DNA of 64,000 bases from a virus (taxonomy: Duplodnaviria > Caudoviricetes): positions 3,618-67,617 of the IMG/VR virus record IMGVR_UViG_2706795248_000001. One strand, written 5' to 3'. Of the stretch, positions 63,693-64,000 are shown one piece after another. Numbering within the stretch: the first letter of the stretch is position 1; every line of letters starts with the position of its first letter. Position numbers and translations under genes: made by a program. The notes under the pieces are model-generated. The model was not told where the DNA came from. It searched no databases and saw only the letters and a program-made list of their open reading frames with translations.

Positions 63693-64000
63693 GCGGGATG
63701 CGGTTCCGCGAGGAGTTCGCGGTGGAGTGGATGCGGGTGCCTCGGATCATCCCGGGTATCGAGATGCCCTTGGAGTCGGTCCAGTCGGAGCCGACGCGCA
63801 GCGAGGAGGTAGCCGTGAGCGCCGCGAAGTGGCTCAACCGGCAGCCGGGGATCATGCTGGCCCGGGTCCTGACTCGCACCGTGCGCGAGGAGCGCGATCA
63901 CTGGTGGCGCCCGTGGCGCACGACCGGCCTCTCGAAGTGGTTCGAGCAGGGCGAGGTCCCAGATGGGTCGCCGGTCGTGGAGATCGACCCCGCCGTCTGA
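63689..64000 (+). CDS. Hypothetical protein
   Basis: GTGA overlap; stop TGA at 63998-64000. Confidence 0.65.
   Translation: MSGMRFREEFAVEWMRVPRIIPGIEMPLESVQSEPTRSEEVAVSAAKWLNRQPGIMLARVLTRTVREERDHWWRPWRTTGLSKWFEQGEVPDGSPVVEIDPAV

Larger units (their letters stand above)
1..64000. mobile_element. Actinobacteriophage genome (siphovirus, apparently lytic, cos-type), permuted relative to its physical ends
   Basis: Complete terminase-portal-capsid-tail-lysis order, phage replication module, high GC, no host housekeeping genes, no integrase seen. Confidence 0.97.

Noticed and set aside
64000-64000. Direct circular join of base 64000 to base 1
   Set aside because: Base 1 is mid-ORF with no start or SD, so additional sequence probably lies between

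Overview
The whole window is one high-GC actinobacteriophage genome (siphovirus, most consistent with a lytic Gordonia/Rhodococcus/mycobacterial-type phage), opened at an arbitrary point. No host genes, integrase, tRNA or CRISPR array are visible. Layout: (1) 1-30.2 kb, rightward: packaging, head, tail and lysis genes (terL, portal, lambda-E-like capsid, -1 frameshifted tail chaperone, 1795-aa tape measure with two cell-wall hydrolase-like domains, split lysin A, holin). (2) 30.2-49.1 kb, leftward: replication and recombination genes (prim-pol/SF3 helicase, two WhiB-like proteins, RuvC-like, DnaE, SSB-like, Sak4-like AAA ATPase, RecB/Cas4-like exonuclease, SNF2 helicase). (3) 49.7-55.1 kb, rightward: small hypothetical genes with different word usage. 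(4) An AT-rich island, a GT-rich tract and a candidate cos site (CGCCGCGTAC, 56018-56027). (5) Zn-finger HNH, terS, a 0.6-kb non-coding gap, then rightward hypotheticals including a solo HicA-like toxin. The most interesting signals are non-coding: three perfect or near-perfect actinobacterial LexA (SOS) boxes at 49263-49319; a ~170-230-nt rod-like RNA candidate at 57573-57800 whose mismatches are mostly G-U wobbles on the + strand and which has a 6S-like central bubble; a TTGACGTCAA palindrome sitting on at least four sigmaA-type promoters; an 8-copy 9-mer array read in two frames inside a gene; and an AT-rich island at the predicted genome end. Taken together these suggest, by inference only, a nucleic-acid-based host-takeover system acting on LexA, RNA polymerase and possibly Lsr2. 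All protein calls come from motif recognition by eye; no searches or folding programs were run.
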